Positions 37,847-48,217 are shown, counted from the stretch's first letter. The stretch: 64,000 bases of DNA from an uncultured Sphingobacteriales bacterium (GCA_964561545.1 CAZLQF010000005.1:51928-115927); one strand, 5' to 3'. Numbers and translations are program-made. The notes: generated by a model not told the origin, from the sequence alone.

Positions 37847-39817
37847 ATGAAGAAATTTATAGCTTTTCTAAGTTGCCTTGGATTGTTAGCCTGTAGTAAC
37901 CAAGTTACACAATCCGGTTCCGATAAGCAGGTTTTATTTACCGTGGCTGACGAAGCGGTGAGCAAGCAAGAATTCAAGTACATTTATGAAAAGAACAATT
38001 CCGCTGATGAAAACCTGTATTCCAGAAAAAGCTTAGAGGAGTACCTTGACCTTTACCAAGAATTTAAACTCAAGGTTAAAGCGGCCAAAGATGCTGGCTT
38101 AGACACTACCGAAAAATATTTGAACGAATACAAAAGCTACCGAAACCAATTGGCCGAACCTTATCTTAAAGACCAGGATCAAATGGATAGCCTGGTTAAA
38201 GAGGCCTATAATAGAAAACAACATGAATTAAAAGTTAGGCATATCCTTTTCAGACTCCCCAAAGATGCCACCCCTAAAGATACATTGGATGTTTACCAAG
38301 AAGCCAAGCAAGTTCGCAACGATATTATCAACGGCAATGAATCGTTTGAAGCAATGGTTATGCAACATTCCGATGATCCAGCAGCCAGGAAAAACAAAGG
38401 CAAATTGGGTTATTTTTCCGTTTTCAAAATGGTATATCCTTTTGAAAGTGCTTCTTATCAATTAGAGGAAGGTGCCATATCAGAACCTGTAAGAACAAAA
38501 TATGGGTACCATTTAATTAAGCTTGAAGACAAACGGCCCTACAGTGGTAAGGTAACAGCAGCTCATATTATGCTCAAAAATCCTAAAAATAAAGGCTCAA
38601 AAGTTCAAAAGCGTAAAAAGCAAAAAATTGACAGCATACACAGGGCCATTACTGATGGTGCTGCTTTTGAAAAAATGGTTCGCAAACATTCCCAGGATAG
38701 AAGAAGTAAAAGGAATCAAGGCAAATTGCCCGCCTTCGAACGTACAGTGGAATACTTACCAGAGAACTTTATTGACACTGCCTTTGCGCTTGAAGAAAAC
38801 GGAGCCATCTCGCAACCCTTTAAAACAAAATATGGTTGGCATATCGTCAAAAGAATTGATAAAGAAGGCATTAAACCATTTGAAGAAATGAAAAAATCCC
38901 TTGAAAAAGAAGTTAAAAAGAACAATAGGTCTTCCCTTATAGAAAAATCAGTGGCTGAAGATGTTAAAGAAAGAGAAGATTTTAAATTTTACAATGAAAA
39001 CTTTAACATGTTCATTAAACAAATGGATACCATGCTCTTACAAGGCAAATGGGAATTGAAGCAGCCCAATAAGTATAAAAAACCTTTAATTAAAATCGAG
39101 GATGAGCTAATATCACTTTTATCGTTTGCTGAATACGTAAAACAGCAACAAGAAAAAGCTAATTACCCTACCGTTTATGCTGCTGTCCAAAATTATTATG
39201 AAGATTTTGAAACCAAGCAATTAATAGATTACCTGGACCGGAATTTAGAAGAAAAATATCCGGAATTCCGGCATCTTTTGCGGGAATACCAAGAAGGAAT
39301 CCTGTTGTTTGAAATTACAGACAGGCGCGTTTGGAGTAAAGCCATGGAAGACACAACTGGGCTAAAAAAGTATTTTGAAAACAATAAAGAAAAATACCAG
39401 GAACAACACAGATTTGGAAAACGTAAACATGCTTTCATTTTTGAAGTTGCCGATGAAAAAGCTGCAAAAGCTGTCAAGGGTTCTTTAGAAGATGGAACCA
39501 GCCCTCAACAGGTAGCCAAAAAGCATGCTGACCAATTGAATGATTCTTTGAAATCCGATAAATATGAGGATGGAGATCATCAAATAGTTGACCAAATACC
39601 AGCAAAAAAAGGTGTTTACAACCTTACCCAAGACGGTCAACAATTTGTTGTTTACATAAAAGCCGTAGAACCCCCTCAGCCCAAAGGTTTAGAAGAAATT
39701 CGTGGCGTGGTTATTGCTGACTATCAGGATTACCTTGAAGAACAATGGATCAATCAACTAAAAGAAAAATATCCTGTAAAAGTTAATGAGGAAGTACTTG
39801 ATTCCATGGTTCAATAG
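37847..39817 (+). CDS. Lipoprotein parvulin-type peptidyl-prolyl isomerase (multi-rotamase)
   Basis: Lipobox LLA-C; VRHIL...HSDD...G.LG.F, AAHIM...HSQD, repeated P.RTKYGYH and PFKTKYGWH. Confidence 0.9.
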   Translation: MKKFIAFLSCLGLLACSNQVTQSGSDKQVLFTVADEAVSKQEFKYIYEKNNSADENLYSRKSLEEYLDLYQEFKLKVKAAKDAGLDTTEKYLNEYKSYRNQLAEPYLKDQDQMDSLVKEAYNRKQHELKVRHILFRLPKDATPKDTLDVYQEAKQVRNDIINGNESFEAMVMQHSDDPAARKNKGKLGYFSVFKMVYPFESASYQLEEGAISEPVRTKYGYHLIKLEDKRPYSGKVTAAHIMLKNPKNKGSKVQKRKKQKIDSIHRAITDGAAFEKMVRKHSQDRRSKRNQGKLPAFERTVEYLPENFIDTAFALEENGAISQPFKTKYGWHIVKRIDKEGIKPFEEMKKSLEKEVKKNNRSSLIEKSVAEDVKEREDFKFYNENFNMFIKQMDTMLLQGKWELKQPNKYKKPLIKIEDELISLLSFAEYVKQQQEKANYPTVYAAVQNYYEDFETKQLIDYLDRNLEEKYPEFRHLLREYQEGILLFEITDRRVWSKAMEDTTGLKKYFENNKEKYQEQHRFGKRKHAFIFEVADEKAAKAVKGSLEDGTSPQQVAKKHADQLNDSLKSDKYEDGDHQIVDQIPAKKGVYNLTQDGQQFVVYIKAVEPPQPKGLEEIRGVVIADYQDYLEEQWINQLKEKYPVKVNEEVLDSMVQ

Positions 39818-40670
39818 CAAGGTCCTGTTTTTATGGATTGGGCTTGTTATGCTAAACTTTCAAGCGTGTAACCTTGTGGAAAGTGATGAGGAAAAAGGCA
39901 ATGTTGTAGCCAGCGTTAAGGATTCCTATTTATACAAAAAAGACCTTCAAAAAATCTTCAATCAGCCAGTAGACAAGGAGGATAGTTTGCAAATGCGCAA
40001 ACAATTCATCGATAATTGGGTAAAAGAACAATTGTTTTATTACAAAGCGCTTGAAAACCTGCCAGACCATAAAACCAACAAAGATGAAAAGCTTCAATCC
40101 TATTACGAATCATTGGTTCGCTATGAATATGAGCAAGCCCTTTTAGAACAAAGATTGGACGAGCGGGTGGCCAAGAAGGACGTTAAAAATTACTACGATG
40201 CACATAAAAAAGATTTCAAACTTCACAAGCCCATTGTTCGATTGATCTATTTAAAAATACCTAATGACGCACCGCGTCTTCATAAAATCAGAAAATGGTA
40301 TCGGTCAGACGATGTAGCTGCCCTGGATTCTTTATACAAGTATGGCGTTCGTTATGCCACAAATTTTTCCTTGGAAGATGAAAAATGGCATTACCTTGAA
40401 GACATCCTTTCAAAACTTCCGATCGATCCACGGGATCAAGTAAATTTTATTCGCAACAATAGGTACGTTAATGTAAGTGACTCTACCCATAACTATTATA
40501 TAAAATTCAAGGAATACAAAACCAGTGGAGAACCTGCACCTATTGGAATGAAAATCAATAAAATTAGAAACATTATACTAAACAAGCGGAAAGCGCAGTT
40601 AATTAAAAACATTAAACAAAAGATTTTTGAAAAAGAAATTGCAAGTAATGAAGTTTCCATTAATGAATAA
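39786..40670 (+). CDS. SurA-N-like lipoprotein chaperone (degenerate PPIase)
   Basis: Lipobox FQA-C; VVASVKDSYLY, FIDNWVKEQL, IILNKRK; lies between two PPIase genes with overlapping ends. Confidence 0.78.
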   Translation: MRKYLIPWFNSKVLFLWIGLVMLNFQACNLVESDEEKGNVVASVKDSYLYKKDLQKIFNQPVDKEDSLQMRKQFIDNWVKEQLFYYKALENLPDHKTNKDEKLQSYYESLVRYEYEQALLEQRLDERVAKKDVKNYYDAHKKDFKLHKPIVRLIYLKIPNDAPRLHKIRKWYRSDDVAALDSLYKYGVRYATNFSLEDEKWHYLEDILSKLPIDPRDQVNFIRNNRYVNVSDSTHNYYIKFKEYKTSGEPAPIGMKINKIRNIILNKRKAQLIKNIKQKIFEKEIASNEVSINE

Positions 40671-42015
40671 AGCCTTAAAAGGATTTTTAGTACTACTCTG
40701 CCTTAGTATTCAATCCCTTGGGCAGGAAAGGCAAGTGATTGACGAGATTGTTGGAGTTGTTGGCAATGAAGTTATTTTAAAATCGGATATTCAGCAAGAG
40801 CTCCAGGGCTTAATGGCACGGGATACCCTTCCCGAAGATGTCATGCGTTGCAGGCTTGTTAAGAATGGAATTGAAAAAAACCTACTGTTGAGTAAAGCAG
40901 AAGAGGATTCGGTCGTTATCAATCAAGCGCAAGTAGAAAGTCAACTTAACAGACGGATGCAGTACTTTATCGATCAATTGGGCAGTAGGGAAAAGCTTGA
41001 GCAGTATTACCAAAAGTCTATTCCTGAAATAAAAGAAGAAATGAGAGAACCCATACGCGAAAGGTTAATTTCTCGTCAAATGAGAAATAAACTGATTGGT
41101 GACGTTCAAGTTACCCCTTCAGAGGTTAAAAAGTTTTTTGAAAATATGCCAAAAGATAGTTTGCCTTATTACAACACCCAGGTTGAAATAGGGAAAATTG
41201 TGCGATACGCAAGCCCAACTGAGAAAGAAAAGCGAGAAGCGCGTGAAAGGCTTCAGGAAATTAGGAGTCGCATTTTAGAGGGAAGCAGCACCTTTGATAA
41301 CATGGCCATCTTGTACTCTGATGATCAAACTACAGCCACCAAAGGTGGCGACATGGGCATGCGTAGCAGAGAAGACTTACATCCAAAAATAGCAGCCTCG
41401 GGTATGGAACTTGAAAAAGATTCGATATCAAAGGTCATTAAAACCGATAAAGGGTTTCATATCGTCCAATTACTGAACAGAAGAGGAGAAAATTTGCATT
41501 TAAAGCAAATCATCAAAAAAGCTGAAATCAACTCAAGAGCAATGGAGCAAACTCGGCAATTCCTTGACAGTATTAAACACCAAATTGAACATGATACATT
41601 AACTTTTGATGAGGCAGCACTCAATTATTCGCAAGATGAACAGACCAAGAACAACGGTGGGTTAATGAAGAATCAGCAAGATGGCTCAACTAAAATTCCT
41701 GTGGATCAACTTAACTCTGAGGTGTTTTTTACCGTTGATACTATGGATTTGGGGGATGTTTCTAAGCCTTTAGAATTTGAAGATGATGAAAAAGGAAAGG
41801 GGTTTCGTTTATTGTATTTAAAAAACAAGATCGATCCTCATAAAGCCAATCTCGAAAAAGATTACCCTCAAATAAGGCAGATGGCCATTAACAACAAAAA
41901 GCAAGAAAAAATGAGAGAATGGTTCCACGAATATTCTGAGCAAACTTATATTCGCATAGAGCCATCTTATCATGATTGCAACAACATTAGCTATTATAAA
42001 CAACAATCAAACTAA
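40663..42015 (+). CDS. surA: Periplasmic chaperone SurA
   Basis: VIDEIVGVVGNEVILKSD, two rotamase domains (YSDD...KGGDMG, YSQD...NNGG). ATG at 40663. Confidence 0.88.
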   Translation: MNKALKGFLVLLCLSIQSLGQERQVIDEIVGVVGNEVILKSDIQQELQGLMARDTLPEDVMRCRLVKNGIEKNLLLSKAEEDSVVINQAQVESQLNRRMQYFIDQLGSREKLEQYYQKSIPEIKEEMREPIRERLISRQMRNKLIGDVQVTPSEVKKFFENMPKDSLPYYNTQVEIGKIVRYASPTEKEKREARERLQEIRSRILEGSSTFDNMAILYSDDQTTATKGGDMGMRSREDLHPKIAASGMELEKDSISKVIKTDKGFHIVQLLNRRGENLHLKQIIKKAEINSRAMEQTRQFLDSIKHQIEHDTLTFDEAALNYSQDEQTKNNGGLMKNQQDGSTKIPVDQLNSEVFFTVDTMDLGDVSKPLEFEDDEKGKGFRLLYLKNKIDPHKANLEKDYPQIRQMAINNKKQEKMREWFHEYSEQTYIRIEPSYHDCNNISYYKQQSN

Positions 42016-42042
42016 CTTGAAAGAAAAAAACCCTAAGTTCAA

Positions 42043-43011
42043 ATGCAGGAAAAATTCAATTCAGACGTTGAAGCAATTGACCATTTAAATGAAAGATACA
42101 ATACCCTACTTAAAGAAATCCGCAAAGTTATTGTAGGCCAGGATGAGATCGTTAAAGATGTGCTCACCTCAATATTTTGTAAAGGCCACAGCTTGCTGAT
42201 AGGGGTTCCCGGGTTGGCCAAGACGCTTTTGATTCAAACCATATCAGGGGTTTTGGATTTAAAATTTAGCCGGATTCAATTTACACCGGATTTAATGCCT
42301 TCTGATATTACAGGCTCGGAAATTTTGGACGAACAGCGCAAGTTCAAGTTTATCAGAGGTCCCATTTTCGCCAATATTATCCTGGCTGATGAGATCAACC
42401 GTACGCCTCCTAAAACTCAAGCAGCCCTGCTCGAGTCTATGCAGGAAATGAGCGTTACCATTGGCGGGCAAGAAAACGAATTGCAGGAGCCCTTTTTTGT
42501 TTTAGCTACGCAAAATCCCATTGAACAAGAAGGAACGTATCCATTACCGGAAGCTCAGCTCGACCGGTTCATGCTCAATATTGTACTTGATTATCCTTCT
42601 TATGAAGAAGAATTGAACATCGTTAAAAATACCACTAAGGATGAAACCGCATCCGTAGAGAAAATTATGGGTGATTCAGAAATCTTGTATTTCCAACACC
42701 TCATAAGGAGGGTTCCCATTCCAGACAATGTGCTTGAATACATTGTAAATCTCGTCCATAAAACAAGGCCTGGGTCCAATTATTCCCCTGAACAAGTTAA
42801 AAATTACGTTGATTGGGGTGCAGGGCCGCGAGCTTCTCAATTTTTAACCCTTGGCGCTAAGTGCCATGCTGTTTTCAATGGCAAATACTCGCCAGATATT
42901 GAAGATGCCCAATCAGTAGCAATCCCGATTCTAAGACATCGCATGATTAAGAACTACAAAGCAGAAGCAGAAGGGGTTACCATTGAAAACATCATAAGAA
43001 ACTTGTTTTAA
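42043..43011 (+). CDS. moxR: MoxR-family AAA+ ATPase
   Basis: GVPGLAKT, RIQFTPDLMPSDITG, LADEINR, ATQNPIEQEGTYPLPEAQLDRF, WGAGPRASQ. Confidence 0.94.
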   Translation: MQEKFNSDVEAIDHLNERYNTLLKEIRKVIVGQDEIVKDVLTSIFCKGHSLLIGVPGLAKTLLIQTISGVLDLKFSRIQFTPDLMPSDITGSEILDEQRKFKFIRGPIFANIILADEINRTPPKTQAALLESMQEMSVTIGGQENELQEPFFVLATQNPIEQEGTYPLPEAQLDRFMLNIVLDYPSYEEELNIVKNTTKDETASVEKIMGDSEILYFQHLIRRVPIPDNVLEYIVNLVHKTRPGSNYSPEQVKNYVDWGAGPRASQFLTLGAKCHAVFNGKYSPDIEDAQSVAIPILRHRMIKNYKAEAEGVTIENIIRNLF

Positions 43012-43310
43012 TTACTGGTAAAAAGAATTGATCTTAATTAAATATTACCAAATGTGCCTCTCAGTTTAATCAAACTTCACGACAAGTAAACCAATGGCTT
43101 GCTTCTACAATTGCCTACCCATTTTAACATCTTAAATTGCTGATTTTTAATTCGTAAAACAATTTTGGTCTTTAAGGCTTTTGACCGTCTTTTATTTTCC
43201 TTATTATTGCCCATTGTAGGAAAAAGATCAAACAATTGGGTAACCATCTTAAAATTATTTATTCCGAGCAATAAGCAATTAGAGGAAGTCCAAACGTCAA
43301 ACTAAACAAT

Positions 43311-43688
43311 ATGGCTAGAGAAGCATACACAGTTGAGTTTCTTATTAATGCCCAGCCAGAACTTATATACAACTATGTTAGTACTGCAAGTGGGCTTAAT
43401 TCTTGGTTTGCAGATGATGTGAGTGTCAATGGTGTAGAATTTACGTTTTATTGGGAGGGCAGTGGTGAAATAGCTAAGGTAATTAAAAACCAACCCAACT
43501 CCATCGTTAAATTTCAATGGTTGGAACGCGAACAAGACGAATACCTAACTTTCCAAATACAAAAGGATGATCTCACTGGTGATACCTCACTGGTGATCAC
43601 TGATTTTGACGAGGCTGAAGAATTAGAGGAAGCTAAGCTGATGTGGGAATCGGTGATTGAGCAATTAAAAGGTACTATTGGAGGTTGA
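43311..43688 (+). CDS. START-like/SRPBCC domain protein
   Basis: LIYNYVSTASGLNSWFADDV, FYW, KFQW, LVITDF, LMWESVIEQLK. Confidence 0.87.
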   Translation: MAREAYTVEFLINAQPELIYNYVSTASGLNSWFADDVSVNGVEFTFYWEGSGEIAKVIKNQPNSIVKFQWLEREQDEYLTFQIQKDDLTGDTSLVITDFDEAEELEEAKLMWESVIEQLKGTIGG

Positions 43689-44295
43689 ACATGAGCTTCA
43701 TATAGCTTTGAAAAAAATGCTTACCCGCGTCAACCACTTGATCGCCATCTGATTCTACAGGTATCTTACTGCTTAGTTTAATGAATTCTTTGTCTTCAAA
43801 TAATGTGTCCACCTCAGTAGTTGTAAAATCTGCTAAAGGTTTGTAATTATCCGCCCCATAATGGTATTCAAATGGGGTATCACCAATAGCCAAAAACAAG
43901 CCTGAAGGATCGGCTTGTTGGATGCCGTCTTTAAGCAAGGGTGCAAATTTTTTTCTTGATTTACCTTGTAAATGGAGGGTAAAGCTGAAAAAGTGCCCCC
44001 ACCAAAACATGCAGCGATAAGCAAATATATCTTCAAAGCTGAATTTACGGGGATAGTCAAGAATTACGTAAGGAAGGTCGCGATAACTTTCACCCTTGGC
44101 CATTTTGACATCTCCAATTTCCCCGGGTATATGATCCCACCATTGGTTTTGCTCTAACAAACTTTCAATTTCTTCTTTTAAAGCCGAAAATATGGTTAAT
44201 ACTTTTTCAATGGCTTGTTTTTTGATCAGTAAAAATTCACCGTTTTGAATGACTTCTTGTTCGGATGGTGTAAACTTTATTGATTTATTTTGCAT
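43675..44295 (-). CDS. Conserved hypothetical protein
   Basis: KMAKGESYRDLPYVILDYPR, YRCMFWWGHFFSFTLHLQG; recognised as a recurring Bacteroidota hypothetical, function unknown. Confidence 0.78.
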   Translation of the reverse strand: MQNKSIKFTPSEQEVIQNGEFLLIKKQAIEKVLTIFSALKEEIESLLEQNQWWDHIPGEIGDVKMAKGESYRDLPYVILDYPRKFSFEDIFAYRCMFWWGHFFSFTLHLQGKSRKKFAPLLKDGIQQADPSGLFLAIGDTPFEYHYGADNYKPLADFTTTEVDTLFEDKEFIKLSSKIPVESDGDQVVDAGKHFFQSYMKLMFNLQ

Positions 44296-44318
44296 AGTAT
44301 TTGAATCTTGAATTGTCC

Positions 44319-45755
44319 ATGTTAAAGCGGCTTCACAAGTTACCGATATTATATTACATTGGGCCGTTTATTATTACCTTTTTCGTTTGCGTGTTTCTAT
44401 TGCTCATGCAGTTCTTATGGAAATACGTAGACGATTTGGTTGGTAAAGGACTTGAGTGGTATATCATTGTTAAACTACTTTTTTATGCCTCTGCCAGCTT
44501 AATTCCCTTGGCACTGCCTTTATCCATTTTGCTATCGTCTATGATGACCTTTGGCTCCATGTCCGAAAATTATGAGCTAATGGCTTTTAAATCTGCGGGC
44601 GTTTCTTTTTTTAATGTTGTGAAACCCTTGTTGGTTTTTATTATTTTGGTATCCATCGGTGCATTCTTCTTTTCCAATACAGTAATTCCGCGTGCAAATC
44701 TAAAGTTCGGCTCACTTTTATGGGACGTTAGGAAACAAAAACCTGCATTGGACATCAAGGAAGGTATCTTTTACAAACAAATTGATAAATATAGCATCCG
44801 GATTGGAGAAAAGGAAGAAGAAAAAAATGTGATTAAGGATATCCTAATCTATGACCATACGGATAACAATGGCAACAACATTGTTATACAAGCCGATCAT
44901 GGCAAAATGTATGCTACCAAGAATGAGCAATGGCTTATTATGGAACTTTATCAAGGGGTTCGTTACGAAGAACTAACGAACCTTGAACAAAATGATCCTT
45001 CTTATCCACATAACCGGATGAAGTTTGATGAATACGTTATGCGTTTTGACCTCTCCGGCTTTAAGCTTACCCGTACTAAAGAATCGCTTTTTAAGGACCA
45101 CCACGAAATGCTCAACATTAGCCAGCTCAATGACTTCATAGATTCGGCCTCTGGTAAACTCAAAAAGAAACGCGCTAAAATGGGCCAATACCTGGCGCCC
45201 TATTTTACTTATATACGGGACAGTGCCTTCTTTCAAAAAAAGGGGATGCCCCTCGATGTTCAAAGTGATCAATTGATCAACGAGTTCGAGCAAAAAGATC
45301 AAAAGGAATTGGTAAAAAATGCCACCAACATGGCCCGGTCTGTAAAAGGGGCCCTCGAAGTCCATGCTGGAGAGATTAAAAACATGAAAAATAATTTAGT
45401 GGATTATCAAATAGAGTGGCATCGTAAATATACCTTATCCTTTGCCTGTTTGATCCTGTTTTTAATTGGTGCCCCAATGGGAGCAGCTATTAAAAAAGGG
45501 GGCCTTGGAATGCCTACAGTTGTATCGGTCGTGTTTTTCATTTTCTTCCATGTGCTTTGGATCTCGGGTGAAAAATTTTCAGAAGAATTTGTAATGCCTC
45601 CATGGAGGGGTATGTGGCTTCCCGTTTTCATACTGTTGCCCATTGGGATCTTGTTAACTTACTTATCGAACAAGGACTCGGTCATTTTATCAAAAGGACC
45701 CTATATGCAATTCTTTGGCTTCATTGGTTCCTTATTTAAACCGAAAAAACCATAA
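44319..45755 (+). CDS. LptF/LptG family LPS export permease
   Basis: PLALPLSILLSSMMTFGSMSENYELMAFKSAG, periplasmic beta-jellyroll, EWHRKYTLSFAC, GAAIKKGGLG. ATG at 44319. Confidence 0.92.
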   Translation: MLKRLHKLPILYYIGPFIITFFVCVFLLLMQFLWKYVDDLVGKGLEWYIIVKLLFYASASLIPLALPLSILLSSMMTFGSMSENYELMAFKSAGVSFFNVVKPLLVFIILVSIGAFFFSNTVIPRANLKFGSLLWDVRKQKPALDIKEGIFYKQIDKYSIRIGEKEEEKNVIKDILIYDHTDNNGNNIVIQADHGKMYATKNEQWLIMELYQGVRYEELTNLEQNDPSYPHNRMKFDEYVMRFDLSGFKLTRTKESLFKDHHEMLNISQLNDFIDSASGKLKKKRAKMGQYLAPYFTYIRDSAFFQKKGMPLDVQSDQLINEFEQKDQKELVKNATNMARSVKGALEVHAGEIKNMKNNLVDYQIEWHRKYTLSFACLILFLIGAPMGAAIKKGGLGMPTVVSVVFFIFFHVLWISGEKFSEEFVMPPWRGMWLPVFILLPIGILLTYLSNKDSVILSKGPYMQFFGFIGSLFKPKKP

Positions 45756-46972
45756 TGCGCATCCTCCAAATCTGCAACCGGATACCATATCCGCCCAAAG
45801 ACGGAGGAGCCATAGCCATGTACAACCTGGCCAAAGGCTATTATGAACATGGGGTTTCGCTAACATTGTTAGCCATCAACACTCATAAGCATTACAGGAA
45901 TCCCGATCAATTACCTTCAGATTTTACCCAAATGATGGAATTGCATACAATCCCTGTTAATACGAACATCAAACCATGGGATGCTTTCTTTAATTTATTT
46001 TCAAACGCTTCTTACAATGTAATCAGGTTTGATGATTTTGGAATGCGGGAAAAAATTGTAAGTTTATTGCAGGAGCAAACCTACGATGTAATTCACCTGG
46101 AGAGTATATATGTGAGCATGTACCTCGATACCATTAGGAAATATTCCAATGCTAAAGTTGTATTAAGGGCCCACAATATAGAATACCTGATCTGGGAGCG
46201 AATGGTCAAGCGGGCAAGGGGGCTCAAACGTTGGTACTTACAATTACTGGCCAAAAGGCTTAAAAATTATGAGACCAGTGTTTATGACCAATTCGATGCG
46301 ATTTTGCCCATTTCTGATTATGATAAAAACATCATGGACCAGTACTGTCCCAATGTTCCTAAATATGTTACAACGGCTGGTGTCAATTTAGCAGATTTCA
46401 ATCCTGATTTCAGCCAGGTTGAATTTCCATCTGTATTTCATTTGGGTTCCCTGGACTGGATGCCTAATTTAGAAGCTGTAGATTGGTTCCTCAATGACAT
46501 TTGGCCTAAAGTTCATGAGCAAAACCCTTCTTCCAAATTTTTTATAGCTGGGCGCAACATGCCAGACCATTATCATTCAATTGAAGCGCCAAATGTGGAA
46601 ATAGTAGGAGAGGTCGATGATGCTAATGCATTTATGAATAGCAAAGCCATAATGGTGGTTCCGTTGCGCTCAGGCAGTGGCATGCGCTTAAAAATCCTTG
46701 AAGGCATGGCTATGGGCAAATGCATCGTATCTACTTCAGTTGGGGCTGAAGGTATTGAATGTACAGATGGTCTAGACATTGTTATCGCTAATGACGGTCA
46801 AGAATTCGTCCATAAGATACATGAGTTGGTCAATGATCAACAGCGATGCCTAAGGATCGGTGAGCAAGCCATTAATTTAATACGTTATAAATATACCAAT
46901 CATCAGATTGTGAAAGACCTCTTAACCTTTTACGATCGGTTAATGGAACGTGGATCACCTATCAATTATTAA
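45755..46972 (+). CDS. Glycosyltransferase family 4
   Basis: PYPPKDGG, RAHNIE, HLGSLDWMPN, GSGMRLKILEGMAMG. Confidence 0.93.
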   Translation: MRILQICNRIPYPPKDGGAIAMYNLAKGYYEHGVSLTLLAINTHKHYRNPDQLPSDFTQMMELHTIPVNTNIKPWDAFFNLFSNASYNVIRFDDFGMREKIVSLLQEQTYDVIHLESIYVSMYLDTIRKYSNAKVVLRAHNIEYLIWERMVKRARGLKRWYLQLLAKRLKNYETSVYDQFDAILPISDYDKNIMDQYCPNVPKYVTTAGVNLADFNPDFSQVEFPSVFHLGSLDWMPNLEAVDWFLNDIWPKVHEQNPSSKFFIAGRNMPDHYHSIEAPNVEIVGEVDDANAFMNSKAIMVVPLRSGSGMRLKILEGMAMGKCIVSTSVGAEGIECTDGLDIVIANDGQEFVHKIHELVNDQQRCLRIGEQAINLIRYKYTNHQIVKDLLTFYDRLMERGSPINY

Positions 46973-46983
46973 ACTTAAACCTA

Positions 46984-46991
46984 TACCTTTG
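46984..46991 (+). promoter_or_regulatory. Bacteroidota -7 element for the GT2 gene
   Basis: TACCTTTG, 31 nt upstream of ATG 47023. Confidence 0.55.
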
Positions 46992-47022
46992 CTTAACCAA
47001 AACTTAATCCTAAGTTAACACA

Positions 47023-48168
47023 ATGATTTTTTTATGGTTGTTCATTTTGCTTTTATCTATGGCATTGCTTGTTCATAGCTACTGGCTATTCCCTGCCTGG
47101 ATGATGCAAGCCAGCAAAAAAAAGATCGATTGGAAAACTGATCAAAAGGAACTCCAAGTTGCAGTGCTGGTAGCAGCCTATAATGAGGAAAATGTTATTT
47201 CAGAGAAAATAAGATCAACGCTTGATACAAACTACCCCAAAGAATTCCTTGAGATATGGATAGGCTCGGATGCCTCAACGGACCAAACCAATGAAATAGT
47301 AGCGGAATATGCTAAAAATTATCCGGAAGTTAAATTCAAACCCTTTGAGGAAAGGACCGGCAAGCCAGAAATATTAAACGATCTTGTTAAACATACGGAT
47401 GCTGAAATTCTGGTTTTAACGGATGCAGACACATTTTTTGATCAAAATACCATTCCAGAACTTGTCAAACCTTTTTCCGATCCAAAAATTGGAGGCGTAC
47501 AAGCCAACCTTCAAAGCCTTACCGATAAAAACGATGAAGTAGCAGAGCAGGAGCAACTATACAATGAACGGGAATTCATGATAAAAAAAGGGGAGAGCTA
47601 CTATGGCGCTGTTATTGGTGCTTATGGGGCCTGTTATGCCATGCGGAAATCTCTGTACAAACCCATTCCTGCTGGTTTTTATGTGGATGACTTCTTTTTG
47701 TTTATGAACATTTTATTAAATGGCTATAAAACAGTTTTTACGCCAAATGCCGTTTGTAAAATGGAAGTATCCGGTAATAGCAACGTTCAATTTAAAAGAA
47801 AAGTTAGAATAAGCTCGGGTAATTTCCAAAACCTACTGTATTTTAGGAAATTAATCAATCCGTTCCGGAATTTTGCAGGGTTTGCATTTTTCTCCCATAA
47901 AGTAATCCGATGGCTTGGGCCCTTTCTTATGTTGCTCATCCTCATTACTAATTTGGTGGTTTTACCAGTGCATCCATTTTTTACTTGGTTATTGTCAGCT
48001 CAGCTCTTGTTTTACTTGTTGGGACTGCTGGATGTGGTTTTACGAAGATTAGATGTTGACTTTATCATTCTACGTTACATCAGTCACTTCGTACTCATGA
48101 ATTATGCGTTGCTAATTGGTTTCTTTCGCTTCCTATCTCTTGAAAGTGACGGTAAATGGGAGCATTAG
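47023..48168 (+). CDS. Glycosyltransferase family 2 (PgaC/IcaA-like, membrane-anchored)
   Basis: AAYNEE, GSDASTD, LTDADT, GACYAMR, VDDF, RKVRISSGNFQ, SHKVIRW; N- and C-terminal TM helices. Confidence 0.91.
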   Translation: MIFLWLFILLLSMALLVHSYWLFPAWMMQASKKKIDWKTDQKELQVAVLVAAYNEENVISEKIRSTLDTNYPKEFLEIWIGSDASTDQTNEIVAEYAKNYPEVKFKPFEERTGKPEILNDLVKHTDAEILVLTDADTFFDQNTIPELVKPFSDPKIGGVQANLQSLTDKNDEVAEQEQLYNEREFMIKKGESYYGAVIGAYGACYAMRKSLYKPIPAGFYVDDFFLFMNILLNGYKTVFTPNAVCKMEVSGNSNVQFKRKVRISSGNFQNLLYFRKLINPFRNFAGFAFFSHKVIRWLGPFLMLLILITNLVVLPVHPFFTWLLSAQLLFYLLGLLDVVLRRLDVDFIILRYISHFVLMNYALLIGFFRFLSLESDGKWEH

Positions 48169-48217
48169 TATGGGCACCAGGTCCAGATAATGATGTATTT
48201 AGTAGTATAATTTTAAA

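Noticed and set aside
20646-43011. VWA gene (20646) and moxR (42043) as a dispersed Bat-like MoxR-VWA system
   Set aside because: They are 20 kb apart in unrelated operons, and the VWA protein is exported while MoxR is cytoplasmic.
34295-43138. 18-mer ATTTTAACATCYTAAATT at 34295 and 43121 (one mismatch)
   Set aside because: A rough estimate for AT-rich intergenic DNA gives on the order of one such match by chance, and the copies lie at very different distances from gene starts.
43572-43597. Direct repeat CTCACTGGTGAT twice within the START gene
   Set aside because: 14-bp period inside an intact frame encoding ordinary family residues; likely coincidence.
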